Source: Patescibacteria group bacterium (lineage in GTDB: Bacteria; Patescibacteriota; Microgenomatia; 0-14-0-10-38-17). From it: 64,000 nucleotides of DNA. The translations under genes were made by a program, and so were the position numbers. The stretch lies in the NCBI GenBank assembly GCA_050953885.1, contig JBMNNJ010000001.1:207437-271436 (forward strand). Reading direction: 5' to 3'. Positions 10,024 to 20,322 of the stretch are shown here, one piece after another (the first letter of the stretch is position 1; every line of letters begins with the position of its first letter). Under the pieces are notes generated by a model. It was not told the origin of the DNA. It worked only from the letters and a program-made list of their open reading frames with translations, and did no database searches.

Positions 10024-11103
10024 ATGTCTAATCGTATCATCTTCACCGGCACTCACTTTACTCCTGCCTTGGCGGTTATTGAGGAGATTAAAAAAAAGGA
10101 GCCATGGGAAATTTATTATTTAGGCCGAAAATACACTTTAGAAGGAGAAAAAATTCCCTCGCCGGAATCGCAAATTCTTCCCAAAATGGGAGTTAAATTT
10201 ATCCCCATTCCCGCCGGCCGTTTACAACGCCGCTTTACCCGCTGGACTATTCCCTCGCTTTTACGCGTTCCCTTTGGTCTTTTTAAAGCTTTAAAAGTTA
10301 TCCTTGAAATAAAGCCCAAGGTAATTGTTTCCTTTGGCGGCTATGTGGGGGTGCCTGTTGTTATTGCCGGTTTTTTGCGGCGCGTTCCCATTTTAATCCA
10401 TGAGCAAACCGCTACTGTAGGATTGGCAAATAAAATTAGCGCCCGCTTTGCCCAAAAAATTGCCATTTCTTTTCCGGAAAGCAAAACTTTTTTTCCTGAA
10501 GGAAAAGTTGTCTTCACCGGCAATCCTTTAAGGCCAGAAATTTTTAAAAGCGGCAAGCCGCTTTTCCCCTTAAACGAAAAGAAAAAAACTATTTATATCA
10601 CCGGCGGCAGCCAGGGCGCCAGTATTATAAATGAAACAGTAGAAAGGTGTTTGCTTGACCTTGTAATACAATATAATGTAGTCCACCAGTGCGGCGCTAA
10701 AGACTATCCTCATTTTAAAGAAAAAAAGGCGAAAGATTATTTTCCTGTTGATTACGTGGATAATAATTCCATTGGCTGGGTTTTTGAAAAAGCGGATTTG
10801 GTTGTCTCCCGCGGCGGGGCAAATACTATTCTTGAATTAGCAGCTCTTGGCAAACCGGCGATTATTATTCCCATCCCTTGGGCAACGCATAATGAACAAC
10901 TTAAAAACGCTGAATTTTTGGCAAAAAGCGGCGTGGCAGAAATTTTGCCCCAAGAAAAACTTAATCCTCAAAACTTAAAAGACTTAATTGAAAAAATGAT
11001 GGCCAATTTATCCTCTTATCAAAAAGCGGGGGAAAAATTAAAAAAAACTATTCCCCGCAACGGCGCCCAAAAAATCGTTGCCGAAATTTATAAACTTTTA
11101 TGA
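10024..11103 (+). CDS. murG: UDP-GlcNAc:lipid I GlcNAc transferase MurG
   Basis: GT28 fold with IFTGTHFTPALA N-terminus and GGSQGA and GGANTILE C-terminal motifs. Confidence 0.85.
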   Translation: MSNRIIFTGTHFTPALAVIEEIKKKEPWEIYYLGRKYTLEGEKIPSPESQILPKMGVKFIPIPAGRLQRRFTRWTIPSLLRVPFGLFKALKVILEIKPKVIVSFGGYVGVPVVIAGFLRRVPILIHEQTATVGLANKISARFAQKIAISFPESKTFFPEGKVVFTGNPLRPEIFKSGKPLFPLNEKKKTIYITGGSQGASIINETVERCLLDLVIQYNVVHQCGAKDYPHFKEKKAKDYFPVDYVDNNSIGWVFEKADLVVSRGGANTILELAALGKPAIIIPIPWATHNEQLKNAEFLAKSGVAEILPQEKLNPQNLKDLIEKMMANLSSYQKAGEKLKKTIPRNGAQKIVAEIYKLL

Positions 11104-11501
11104 AAACTCCCCGGTTGAACCTTAAAGAAAAAGAGAGAGCAAAAAAAAGGCTTCTTTTTTTAATCATCATCACCAGCATTTTTTGGATTTACTTTCTCTC
11201 CCAATCGGCAAAAGCCTTTTATACCCAAAAAGAAACCCTCTCTTCTCCTGTTATCGCTATTGAGGAGGAAATAGCCAAAGAGCTTGAAAAAAAAGGAATT
11301 AAAGCAAAGATTACCGAAATTAAATCAGATATGATAATATTAAAATTAGCAAACGGCAATACGGAGGTAATTTTGGGCAAAGATAAAAGTATTACCGATC
11401 AAATTAGGGCTTTGCAATTAATCCTTAATGATAATAAAATGGGAGAAGGAGAGGCAAAAAAAATCGATTTGCGTTTCAAAAATCCGGTGATTACTTTTTA
11501 A
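11100..11501 (+). CDS. small single-TM protein in the ftsQ/divIB position of the dcw cluster
   Basis: 133 aa, one N-terminal TM helix, overlaps the murG stop and precedes ftsA. Too short for a canonical POTRA-containing FtsQ. Confidence 0.35.
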   Translation: MKTPRLNLKEKERAKKRLLFLIIITSIFWIYFLSQSAKAFYTQKETLSSPVIAIEEEIAKELEKKGIKAKITEIKSDMIILKLANGNTEVILGKDKSITDQIRALQLILNDNKMGEGEAKKIDLRFKNPVITF

Positions 11502-11503
11502 AA

Positions 11504-12760
11504 ATGACCAGAAGTAAAACTTTAGCCGCCCTAGACATCGGCTCAACAAAGATTGCCGCCATTATCGCTCAAACTAATGAAGAAGGAATTTTGAGCGTTA
11601 TCGGCTCCGCTTCCCTTCCTTCCCGCGGTATAAAACGAGGCCAAATTGTTAATATTGAAGAGGCCACGGAGGCAATTATTGCCGCGGTTGAAGCCGCCGA
11701 AAGAATGGCCGGGCTGAACGTTAACCATCTTTGGGTTTCCGGCGGCGGCCCGCAAATTGTTTCCCAAAACTCGCGAGGGGTGGTGGCAGTTGGCAATCCG
11801 GGGGGAGAAATTGACGAAGAGGATATCCGTCGGGTTTTGGAATCGGCGCAGGCAATTTCTCTACCCGCGTCGCGCGAGATTATCCACGTTATTCCCCGCC
11901 AGTTTACCGTTGATTCCCAAGAAGGAATTGCCGATCCCAGCGGCATGAGCGGCATTCGGTTAGAGGTGGAAACCCACATTATCAGTGCCTCCTCAACGGC
12001 ATTACGAAATTTACGAAAATGCGTGGATGAATTAGGGGCTCACACCGATGGTATTGTTTTTGATGGTTTGGCGAGCGCCGCGGCGGTGGTTACCCCCACC
12101 GAAAAAGAATTGGGAGTAATTTTAATTGATATTGGGGGAGGGACAACTTCGGTGGTTTTGTATGCCGAGGGCTCGCCAATTTACTCTTCGGTTTTGCCCA
12201 TTGGCGCCCAAAATATCACCAACGACTTGGCAATTGGTTTAAGGCTTTCTTTAGAAGAGGCGGAAAGCCTTAAAGTGGCCTTAGGAAACGATAAAAATAT
12301 TAAAGACGACAAAGAAATTGAGTTAAAATTAGGCAGTCGTCAGCCAAACGAGAAAAAAATCACCAAAAAAATGGTTGTCGAGGAAATTATCCAACCGCGG
12401 CTTGAGGAAATTTTCGGGATGATTAATGAGGAAATCAGACGCAACGATTATCAGAATTTAGCCCCCGCAGGAGTGGTTTTAACTGGCGGAGGAGCCCAAA
12501 CTGTCTCCATTGAAGAAACTTGCCGGCGGATAATGGCCCTACCAGTGCGCCAGGGAGTTCCCTCTGGCCTTACCGGCTTAGTTGATGATATCCTTTCTCC
12601 TGAATTTGCCACCACTATTGGTCTAATTTTTTGGGGCCAACAGCATCAGCCCGAAGAATTTCGCTCAAATTCTGGCCACGGCCGCAAAAAAATGCCCTCT
12701 TTTAACTGGCGGGAACCATTAGAAAAAGTGGTTAACTTTGTTAAATCATTCTTGCCGTAA
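11504..12760 (+). CDS. ftsA: cell division protein FtsA
   Basis: Actin/ASKHA fold with LDIGSTKIAAII and ILIDIGGGTT phosphate motifs. Confidence 0.9.
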   Translation: MTRSKTLAALDIGSTKIAAIIAQTNEEGILSVIGSASLPSRGIKRGQIVNIEEATEAIIAAVEAAERMAGLNVNHLWVSGGGPQIVSQNSRGVVAVGNPGGEIDEEDIRRVLESAQAISLPASREIIHVIPRQFTVDSQEGIADPSGMSGIRLEVETHIISASSTALRNLRKCVDELGAHTDGIVFDGLASAAAVVTPTEKELGVILIDIGGGTTSVVLYAEGSPIYSSVLPIGAQNITNDLAIGLRLSLEEAESLKVALGNDKNIKDDKEIELKLGSRQPNEKKITKKMVVEEIIQPRLEEIFGMINEEIRRNDYQNLAPAGVVLTGGGAQTVSIEETCRRIMALPVRQGVPSGLTGLVDDILSPEFATTIGLIFWGQQHQPEEFRSNSGHGRKKMPSFNWREPLEKVVNFVKSFLP

Positions 12761-13011
12761 AAAGAGGCAAAGCACACGAAATAACGCGAATAAAAAACGA
12801 ATGGACGCGAATGAACAAATGGATTAATGCAAAACTCAAAGTGCAAAATGCAAAACCAAGCTCAAAGACCAAAAACAAAAAATAAAAATAGTTTTTGAAC
12901 TTTGATTTAGGTTTTGATTTTTGATATTTGCGCTTTGCGCTTGTTTGTTACCTGTTACGCATTACGAATTATTTTGCCCGCAACAATATAATATTTTAAC
13001 AATTCAACCTT

Positions 13012-14193
13012 ATGGCTCTTGTTAAACCCCAATCTACCCGTTTTGCCCAAATTAAAGTGCTAGGCATTGGCGGCGGCGGCGGCAACTGCCTTAACAATAT
13101 GGTGGAAAACGATCAAATTGAGGGCATCGATTTTATCGCTGTTAACACCGACGCGCAAGCCTTGTTAGTTAATAAAGCCCCAAAAAAGCTCCAAATCGGA
13201 GAAAAATTAACCAAGGGCTTGGGAGCGGGCGGTAATCCGGAAATTGGCCAAAAAGCCGCCGAGGAATCAAAAGAAGAAATTAAGCGCTTGCTTGAAGGAA
13301 CCGATATGGTTTTTTTAACCGGAGGAGAGGGCGGGGGAACCTGCACCGGCGCAAGCCCGATTTTGGCGCAAATTGCCCGGGAAATGGGCATTTTAACGGT
13401 GGCGGTGGTTACCAAACCTTTCAATTTTGAGGGGCGGCGGCGGATGGAAGCCGCCATTAAAGGAATTGAGGAATTAAAAGACAAGGTGGACACGCTGATT
13501 GTTATCCCCAACCAAAAACTGCTTGATAATATTGATGAAAAAGTAACTCTTGTGGACGCCTTCAGGATGGTGGATTCGATTTTAATTTCCGGCGTTACCG
13601 GTATTGCCGATTTAATCACCAAACCGGGCTTAATTAATCTTGATTTTGCTGATGTGCGCGCCGTGATGAAAAACGCCGGCAGCGCCTTAATGGGTATTGG
13701 GCAGGCAAGCGGAGAAAATCGCGCTCTTGAAGCGGCCAAATTGGCCATTGCCTCGCCACTCTTGGAAACCTCCATTGAGGGCGCCCGCGGCATAATCTTT
13801 AATGTTAGCGGCGGCAAGAATATGACTATGCGCGAGATAGAACAAGCCGCCGAGATGATTAGTTCCCAAGCCGACCCGGATGCCAATATTATTTTTGGCG
13901 CTTCTTTAAACGAAAACCTTAATAACGAAATTAAAATTACCCTCATCGCCGCTGGTTTTGACGAAAAGCGAAGCCGCTTAGCCCAGATGGCTAAATTCCA
14001 AATCCCCACCGGCATCGTCAGCGAGATTCCTGAAGAAAAGCAAGAAAGACAAGGAGAAAAACCCTTGCCTTTTATCAATCAAAAAGAGGAAAGTGATTTT
14101 GAAGAAAAGGAAGAAACGCCGATTGAAGATTTGGGAGAAGAATATGAAGTGCCCGCCTTCTTAAGGCAGGGCAAAAAAAAGCTTCTTAATTAA
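13012..14193 (+). CDS. ftsZ: cell division GTPase FtsZ
   Basis: GIGGGGGN tubulin signature, NTDAQAL, GGGTGTG T4 loop, C-terminal conserved peptide EVPAFLRQ. Confidence 0.95.
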   Translation: MALVKPQSTRFAQIKVLGIGGGGGNCLNNMVENDQIEGIDFIAVNTDAQALLVNKAPKKLQIGEKLTKGLGAGGNPEIGQKAAEESKEEIKRLLEGTDMVFLTGGEGGGTCTGASPILAQIAREMGILTVAVVTKPFNFEGRRRMEAAIKGIEELKDKVDTLIVIPNQKLLDNIDEKVTLVDAFRMVDSILISGVTGIADLITKPGLINLDFADVRAVMKNAGSALMGIGQASGENRALEAAKLAIASPLLETSIEGARGIIFNVSGGKNMTMREIEQAAEMISSQADPDANIIFGASLNENLNNEIKITLIAAGFDEKRSRLAQMAKFQIPTGIVSEIPEEKQERQGEKPLPFINQKEESDFEEKEETPIEDLGEEYEVPAFLRQGKKKLLN

Positions 14194-16696
14194 GCAAAAT
14201 TTTGCTGTTTATCCCCAAGAAATAGCCGCGGCCCAGCCTGATTAATTCTCCTAAATCCCGGGGCAGGCTTGAAGGCAAACTTTCTTCCGCCAAAGTTAAA
14301 CGTTGGGCGGCAGAAATAACAAAAGGATTATTAGGCGAGGGAGAAAGTTGCTCTAATTCTTCAAGAAGAGCTTTGGTTTCCTGATAGGCCAAAGCGGCTT
14401 TTCCCTCCGAGTAAATTTCTTCTTCATTTTCTGCCGCCGCCTCAAGATAAACAATCAGCTGATCAAGTTTTTTATTCATTTGATTTAGATCGTCGGGACT
14501 CGTCCCTTTTTCTTTTGCTTCTAAGGCGACCAAATTTTTTATTCGATAAGCATATTTTAAAGCCTCAACCGGGGAAATTTTCATTAAGGCTGTCAAATGC
14601 TCTAATTTTTCTGTCAAAAGAGAAGAAGAGGAGAAACCGGTTTTTAACTGACTAAGCATTTCCTGATCTTGCCGCTTTTCGCCACTGCTTTCCTTAGATT
14701 TAAGGCTAATTTTATCGGTGGCCTCAATTAAAAACTTATCTTCCTCGCCTAATTTAATTTCACCATGATATTCCCGCCAACTGGTCTCTTCACCCCGAGC
14801 CAAACCAACCCCCAAAACATATTCACCATCATCTACCCCTTTAACAACGACCTCTTTTTGCCAGTTGCTTGGCGGATTAGCAATAATAATTAGCTTTGGT
14901 TTATCTTGCTCCTCCTGACCAATAAAAATATTTTCGCTAAGAATACCCATAAGATTAATATCCAAATAAGCAGGAGAAAGGAGATAAAAAGCAAGATAGT
15001 CGGTGGCATTTCTCTCAAACAAAACATCACCATTAACGGCCGGAGGGGGAAGATTTAAAAAAGAAAAAATTTTCCCTAACGCTTCATTTTTACTAATAAT
15101 TTCGCCATGGTCAAAATTAAAGCCAGCAACATTGCCGGAAGAGTTCTCAAAAGGACGCGCGCTTTGTACTAAAACCGTCCCGTCTCCTCCAAACGAATAC
15201 TTTTTCTCAATAGGTTTTCCATGGGACCATTTTCCTAAAATTTGATCATACCAAGACCTCTCTTTAATTTTTACTCCCGATAAGGTATCTTTACCCTCAC
15301 CGTAAATTAGCTTTAAACTCTCCCCTAAATTTTCTGGCGGCGATAATTGGTTTAACAACGTGTTCTGTGGGTAAGCGGGGGAGGCAAAAGAGTAGGAAAG
15401 TGGTTCGTTCTCGTCTCCGGCGTAAAGATAGGAAAAAGTCGGCAGCATTTCTTCTGTTGAAGGAGCAAGACGCTGAACCGTTTGGTATAAGCTCTCTCCC
15501 TCCTGACGGGCAAGATGAAGAACTAAAGAAAAAGCAAATTTGGAAAGTCCCGGCCGCCAAACTTCCCCGCCTTCCCAAGCCCCATAGGTGTCAACCACCC
15601 CCTTGTGGGGCGTGCCTACGGTTATAAGCTGGTCAATGGGGCAACCGGATACTTGCTGAAGGCAAGTTCGCGCCACTAATCCTCCCATTGAATGGGCAAT
15701 CACATCCGCTTTTTGGCCTTCTTCCAGCTTCTCATTTAAAAAATCGGCTAATTTTTCGGCTGAACCCTTATTACCATCTTCCGATCTAATTTTTTCCAAC
15801 CAATTATAATTAAAAACAAAAAGATCCCTGCCTTCTTCGTAACCGGCATTTTCAAGCGCCGTAATTAAAGGGTTGTAAATCTTCACTCCCGGCATCATAT
15901 GCCAAGGAAAAGGGGATTCTTCCAAATGCGCAGGGGTATAAATATCCGGATAGCGAATTTTCAAAAACATCTCTCCAAAATTTATCGACGCCCCATGGCC
16001 GGGGACAATAACGACAGGATCTTTAATTTTAGTTACCTTGATATTGTCAAAATAGACTTCAGTAGGAGCAACAGCCCCGGTGCCAACACCTAACGCTATT
16101 CTTCCTCTTAAAAACGCATCATTTACGTTTGTATCCACAAAATCAATAAGCAAATTATTATTCTCATATATCTTAAAAATATTCTTATATGCCACAATTT
16201 TAAAATGATAAACTCCGTTACTTGGAGGCGACAAATTTTTGCCAGGAGTTAAGGGAATATAGTGGTCAGAAAAAAATTTAGCTAGATAAACAGTGTTAAA
16301 TGAAACATGTATACCATAACCTTGGGGCCAATTAAAAACATGCCCATTGCCATCGTCATAAGCAGATCTTTCGTCTCTCACCCTAAAAAAGAAATTAATA
16401 TCTTGGCCGGATTTCCTAATCAAATCAAATTCAAACTCATAATCATCCCATAAAAAATCTCCAGCTTGCACTTCTGTATAAGAAAAGTTATCGTTAACTT
16501 TACTACCAAAATAATGATTACCGTTATCCCCTTGTACAACACTCCACAAATAATCTCTCTTTTTATTTATAACAGTCCAACCTTCAAAAGAGCCATTTTC
16601 AAAATCATAATAAAAATTACTAGTCGCAAAAAGAGGTGTAGGAATAAGGAAGAAAAAAGCAAGAAAAAAGAAAAGCCATTTTACTTTTCGCCTCAT
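14186..16696 (-). CDS. large secreted alpha/beta-hydrolase (lipase/PGAP1-like) with an N-terminal jelly-roll (LamG/DUF1080-like) domain
   Basis: Signal peptide (MRRKVKWLFFFLAFFFLIPTPLFA), GxSxG nucleophile elbow VIAHSMGGLVAR, preceding PGHGAS segment. 836 aa. 3' end overlaps ftsZ by 8 bp in convergent orientation. Confidence 0.6.
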   Translation of the reverse strand: MRRKVKWLFFFLAFFFLIPTPLFATSNFYYDFENGSFEGWTVINKKRDYLWSVVQGDNGNHYFGSKVNDNFSYTEVQAGDFLWDDYEFEFDLIRKSGQDINFFFRVRDERSAYDDGNGHVFNWPQGYGIHVSFNTVYLAKFFSDHYIPLTPGKNLSPPSNGVYHFKIVAYKNIFKIYENNNLLIDFVDTNVNDAFLRGRIALGVGTGAVAPTEVYFDNIKVTKIKDPVVIVPGHGASINFGEMFLKIRYPDIYTPAHLEESPFPWHMMPGVKIYNPLITALENAGYEEGRDLFVFNYNWLEKIRSEDGNKGSAEKLADFLNEKLEEGQKADVIAHSMGGLVARTCLQQVSGCPIDQLITVGTPHKGVVDTYGAWEGGEVWRPGLSKFAFSLVLHLARQEGESLYQTVQRLAPSTEEMLPTFSYLYAGDENEPLSYSFASPAYPQNTLLNQLSPPENLGESLKLIYGEGKDTLSGVKIKERSWYDQILGKWSHGKPIEKKYSFGGDGTVLVQSARPFENSSGNVAGFNFDHGEIISKNEALGKIFSFLNLPPPAVNGDVLFERNATDYLAFYLLSPAYLDINLMGILSENIFIGQEEQDKPKLIIIANPPSNWQKEVVVKGVDDGEYVLGVGLARGEETSWREYHGEIKLGEEDKFLIEATDKISLKSKESSGEKRQDQEMLSQLKTGFSSSSLLTEKLEHLTALMKISPVEALKYAYRIKNLVALEAKEKGTSPDDLNQMNKKLDQLIVYLEAAAENEEEIYSEGKAALAYQETKALLEELEQLSPSPNNPFVISAAQRLTLAEESLPSSLPRDLGELIRLGRGYFLGINSKILLN

Positions 16697-16719
16697 ATTA
16701 AAAACAGAGCATTATTACA

Positions 16720-17532
16720 ATGTTAAAATACTATCATAATAAACATTACAACAACAAGTATATCAATAGAAACATGAAAGAAATCAAAAATACCGCTAAA
16801 AATTGGGCTACTATATGGGACAAAAAAAATAACCTCCCAATCGTTCACAGAGAACTAATAGAAGCTATTACTAAAACAACAGAAACTAAAAATAAAAAAG
16901 TTTTAGAGATAGGAGCTGGTTTAGGTGGGGACTTAGTGTATCTGGCTAAACTAGGAGGAATTTGTACAGCAATAGACATAAGCAAGACTTCTCTTAAAAA
17001 AATTAAGCAATTGGCCAAAAAAAATAACGTTCAGATAAAAGCAGTAAAATGTGATGCCAAAAAATTGATTTTCGATAAAGAAACTTTTGACATTATATTC
17101 CATCAGGGATTTTTGGAACATTTTAAAAATCCTCTTCCGCTACTTAAAGAGCAAAAAAGAGTTTTAAAGAAAGAAGGTATTCTTCTTATTGACGTACCAC
17201 AAAGATATAATGCTTACACTGTTTATAAACGATGGAAGTTATTAAAAAAAGAATGGGAGATACCATGGGAGACAGAATATACAAAAAAACACTTACTCAA
17301 AATGCTAGAAGATGCTGAATTAAAGCCAAAGCTAATTTATTATAGAAGTATATTCCCCCCCGGTATTAAAAAAATAATGAAAGGAGAAGTTCCTAAAAGG
17401 CTTCAATCAAAAAAAATAGTCAATAACAGACTATCACGTAAAATAATATTATATTTTGGGAAAATTATAAAAAAAAATGAACATTGCCCCTTTTTTTATC
17501 AATGTATTGGGGTTGTCGCCCAAAAGAAATAA
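16720..17532 (+). CDS. class I SAM-dependent methyltransferase; likely start at 16774
   Basis: Motif I VLEIGAGLGGD, motif II (acidic residue after beta2), FDIIFHQGFLEH motif. Confidence 0.7.
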   Translation: MLKYYHNKHYNNKYINRNMKEIKNTAKNWATIWDKKNNLPIVHRELIEAITKTTETKNKKVLEIGAGLGGDLVYLAKLGGICTAIDISKTSLKKIKQLAKKNNVQIKAVKCDAKKLIFDKETFDIIFHQGFLEHFKNPLPLLKEQKRVLKKEGILLIDVPQRYNAYTVYKRWKLLKKEWEIPWETEYTKKHLLKMLEDAELKPKLIYYRSIFPPGIKKIMKGEVPKRLQSKKIVNNRLSRKIILYFGKIIKKNEHCPFFYQCIGVVAQKK

Positions 17533-17637
17533 AGAAAGCGATTAAAAAGATTCTGTCCGCCAACTGGCGGATTCGTCAGAACCTGTCCTGAATTTAATTC
17601 AGGAATGACGGCCAACTAAAAATTTTTACTTAAAGAA

Positions 17638-18741
17638 ATGACCATTGGCCTTGACGCTCGTTTTGCCCAAGGAAAACTTACCGGCGTGGGAAAATATATC
17701 CAAGCCTTGGCCTTGGGCTTGGCGGCGTGGCATTTTAAAGTGATTCTTTTTTACTCGCAAAAGCCCCAATCAGTCCTAAGAAGGAAGGGGATCAAAACTA
17801 TTATTCTCCCCGGTAATAAATATCTCTGGGAACAAATTTATCTGCCCCGGGCCTTAAAAAGGGAAAAAGTGGATCTTTATCATGCCACCGGCAACTTTGG
17901 TGTTCCTCTTTTTTCAAACATTCCCGCCGTTTTAACCGTCCACGATCTTATCCCCCTCCTGCAAAAAGATTATTTCAACCACGCAAAAATTCCCGTCTTT
18001 TCCCAAAAACTTTATTACTGGCGCGCTAAAACCTCAATTATGAAGGCCCAAAAAATTATCACCGACACTTACTGGACAAAAAAGACGATCGTTGATTTTT
18101 TTAAAACCCCACCTCAAAAAATTAGCGTTATCTACTTAGATTCTTCTTATCCCGAAGAAATTGACGAAAAGGCTTATCTTCAGTTTGATCTTGAAAGAAA
18201 AAAATATCTTATCAACAATGGCGGCCTTGACCGGCGCAAGAATTTGCCCAACCTTATCGGCGCTTTTGCCTTAGCCGAAAGAAAAATGCCTTGGCTAAAA
18301 TTAGTCATCACGGGAGAAAACCCGCAACTACTTCCTTTATTAAAAAAAGAAGTGGAAGAAAAAAAATTAACCCAAAAAGTTATTTTCACCGGCTTTTTGG
18401 AAGAAAAAGCTCTTTGGGGACTTTTAAAAAATGCCTTTTGCCTTTGTTATCCCACCCTTGCGGAGGGCTTTGGTCTTCCTTTAATTGAAGCTTTCCGCGC
18501 CAACACACCGGTTATTACCAGCAACCTTCCGGTTTTAAAAGAAGTCGGGGGCAAGGCTTGCCTTTTTGTTAACCCCTATCAACCCCAAGCCATCGCCCAA
18601 ACAATTATCAGCCTGCAAAACAAAACCCTTCGGCAAAAACTAATCATTTCCGGCCAAAAACAAGCCCAAAAATTTTCTTGGGAGAAAACAATTGAAGAAA
18701 ACATTAAAATCTACAAAAAGATAATAAAAAATACTACTTAA
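17638..18741 (+). CDS. GT4-family glycosyltransferase
   Basis: GT-B fold, C-terminal EGFGLPLIEA E-x7-E motif. Confidence 0.8.
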   Translation: MTIGLDARFAQGKLTGVGKYIQALALGLAAWHFKVILFYSQKPQSVLRRKGIKTIILPGNKYLWEQIYLPRALKREKVDLYHATGNFGVPLFSNIPAVLTVHDLIPLLQKDYFNHAKIPVFSQKLYYWRAKTSIMKAQKIITDTYWTKKTIVDFFKTPPQKISVIYLDSSYPEEIDEKAYLQFDLERKKYLINNGGLDRRKNLPNLIGAFALAERKMPWLKLVITGENPQLLPLLKKEVEEKKLTQKVIFTGFLEEKALWGLLKNAFCLCYPTLAEGFGLPLIEAFRANTPVITSNLPVLKEVGGKACLFVNPYQPQAIAQTIISLQNKTLRQKLIISGQKQAQKFSWEKTIEENIKIYKKIIKNTT

Positions 18742-18894
18742 AAAGGCAAAAATGATAATAGAAGGAAATATAAACGAAACATAAAAAAGTAACCAAATCC
18801 AAAATAATTAATAAAAGAAAATTATCGCTAAAAAAAGCCCGAAATAATTAATAAGATAATTGATAAAAATTTAGAAAATTTTGTTCTGGCAATA

Positions 18895-18930
18895 TGACAA
18901 ATTTTTAAGCGATCGCTTAAAAATTTGTCA
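18895..18930. promoter_or_regulatory. perfect 36-bp palindrome TGACAAATTTTTAAGCGATCGCTTAAAAATTTGTCA followed by TATAAT; copy 1 of a 55-bp duplicated box
   Basis: Left half read directly against the reverse complement of the right half with no mismatch. A consensus -10 hexamer lies 6 bp downstream. Confidence 0.6.
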
Positions 18931-19096
18931 CACCCTATAATATAAATAATATAAAAATAGCTTGGATTAATTGAATTAAAATGGTTCAGAATAAATTAGT
19001 CTAAAATGGTTTAAAAATAAAGCGAGATAAAATTAAAATCAAAAAGTAAGCATCGTAAATATCAACAATCTTTTCTAATGTTAATTCTGGATAATT

Positions 19097-19843
19097 ATGG
19101 CCAAAAATTTTCGTTTTCGCGATAATTTTCTTCTGTCTTTAGCTTTTTTAGGAGATGAATTTCTTAACATCACCCAACCATATCCGCTTCAAGCAGAAAG
19201 ATGGGCTGGTTTACTGCCTCCTGATTATAAAAAAAGTAATTTAAAAAGAAATATTTACCGGCTGTTAAAGACGGAAGAAATAGAAAAAGTAGTTAAAAAC
19301 GGCCAGCCTTATTTAAGGCTAAGCAACCGGGGGAAAAAGATCATTACCCGTGATTTTTCCCTCATCGCCCTCCAAAATAAACCGTGGGATGGTTATTGGC
19401 GAATAATTGCCTATGATATTCCGGAAAAATATAAAAAAACCCGCTATTTACTTCAACAAGAACTTCAGACCCTGGGTTTTGGAATGATGCAAAAAAGCAT
19501 CTATATTTCTCCTCACGATCTTGCCGAAGATATCCAGGAATATTTAGAAAGTAATCATTTAAGCGATTTTGCTTTTGTATCGGTGGCGAAAAGGATTTTT
19601 GGGAAAAGTAATCGGGCCTTGGCTTGGGAAGTGTGGAATTTAGAAAAATTGGAAGAAAAATACGAAGAGTGGATTGAAAACAGCCAAATTTTCCGCCAGA
19701 AAAAAATAGAACTTATCAACAATTTAAGGAAATTCAAAATCGCTTTATCGAAATTCTTTACCAAGACCCCTTTCTCCCTAAAGAACTTTGCTTCGACAAT
19801 TGGGCTGGCGAAAAAGCAGTTAAAGAATTTAAAACGCTTTTAA
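19097..19843 (+). CDS. PaaX-like transcriptional regulator
   Basis: WDGYWRIIAYDIPE...R...L...GFGMMQKSIYISP matches the PaaX C-terminal signature. N-terminal winged-helix-like region. Confidence 0.55.
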   Translation: MAKNFRFRDNFLLSLAFLGDEFLNITQPYPLQAERWAGLLPPDYKKSNLKRNIYRLLKTEEIEKVVKNGQPYLRLSNRGKKIITRDFSLIALQNKPWDGYWRIIAYDIPEKYKKTRYLLQQELQTLGFGMMQKSIYISPHDLAEDIQEYLESNHLSDFAFVSVAKRIFGKSNRALAWEVWNLEKLEEKYEEWIENSQIFRQKKIELINNLRKFKIALSKFFTKTPFSLKNFASTIGLAKKQLKNLKRF

Positions 19844-19925
19844 AAACTCAATTAAATTATCATCAAGATGAGGTTTAAATATTGGACTATCGCGTTATCG
19901 GACGATAAATTACTTATGTTTAATA

Positions 19926-19961
19926 TGACAAATTTTTAAGCGATCGCTTAAAAATTTGTCA
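19926..19961. promoter_or_regulatory. second identical copy of the 36-bp palindrome plus TATAAT box
   Basis: The 55-bp stretch AATATGACAAATTTTTAAGCGATCGCTTAAAAATTTGTCACACCCTATAATATA is identical to 18892-18946. Confidence 0.6.
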
Positions 19962-20322
19962 CACCCTATAATATATAACAGCTATATAACAACTTAGATA
20001 ATTAACTTAGATAATTAACTTAGATAACTAAAATGGTAGTAAAAGTAGAACAATACAATAAGAAAATGACTATAGACGCAAATGGAATAACAAATCTTCT
20101 CCCGAAGAGATAAACAAATAGTTCACACTAAAAAACAAGCGCACACTAAAACGTGCTAATCCAATTTATAGCAAAGTAGCAGACTTTAACCCGCGCCAAG
20201 AAAAGCGCGCAATAAATTGTGCTACTCTATTTTTTCTAGAGTAGCAATTAAACTTTATCTAGCCATATTTATATCCCGGTTATAATAATATCCAACACTC
20301 AAGAATAATTAACACCAAAAAA

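Noticed and set aside
13113-14078. 321-aa antisense ORF inside ftsZ
   Set aside because: Low-complexity Ser/Ala/Ile-rich translation antisense to a strongly supported ftsZ. Typical shadow ORF.
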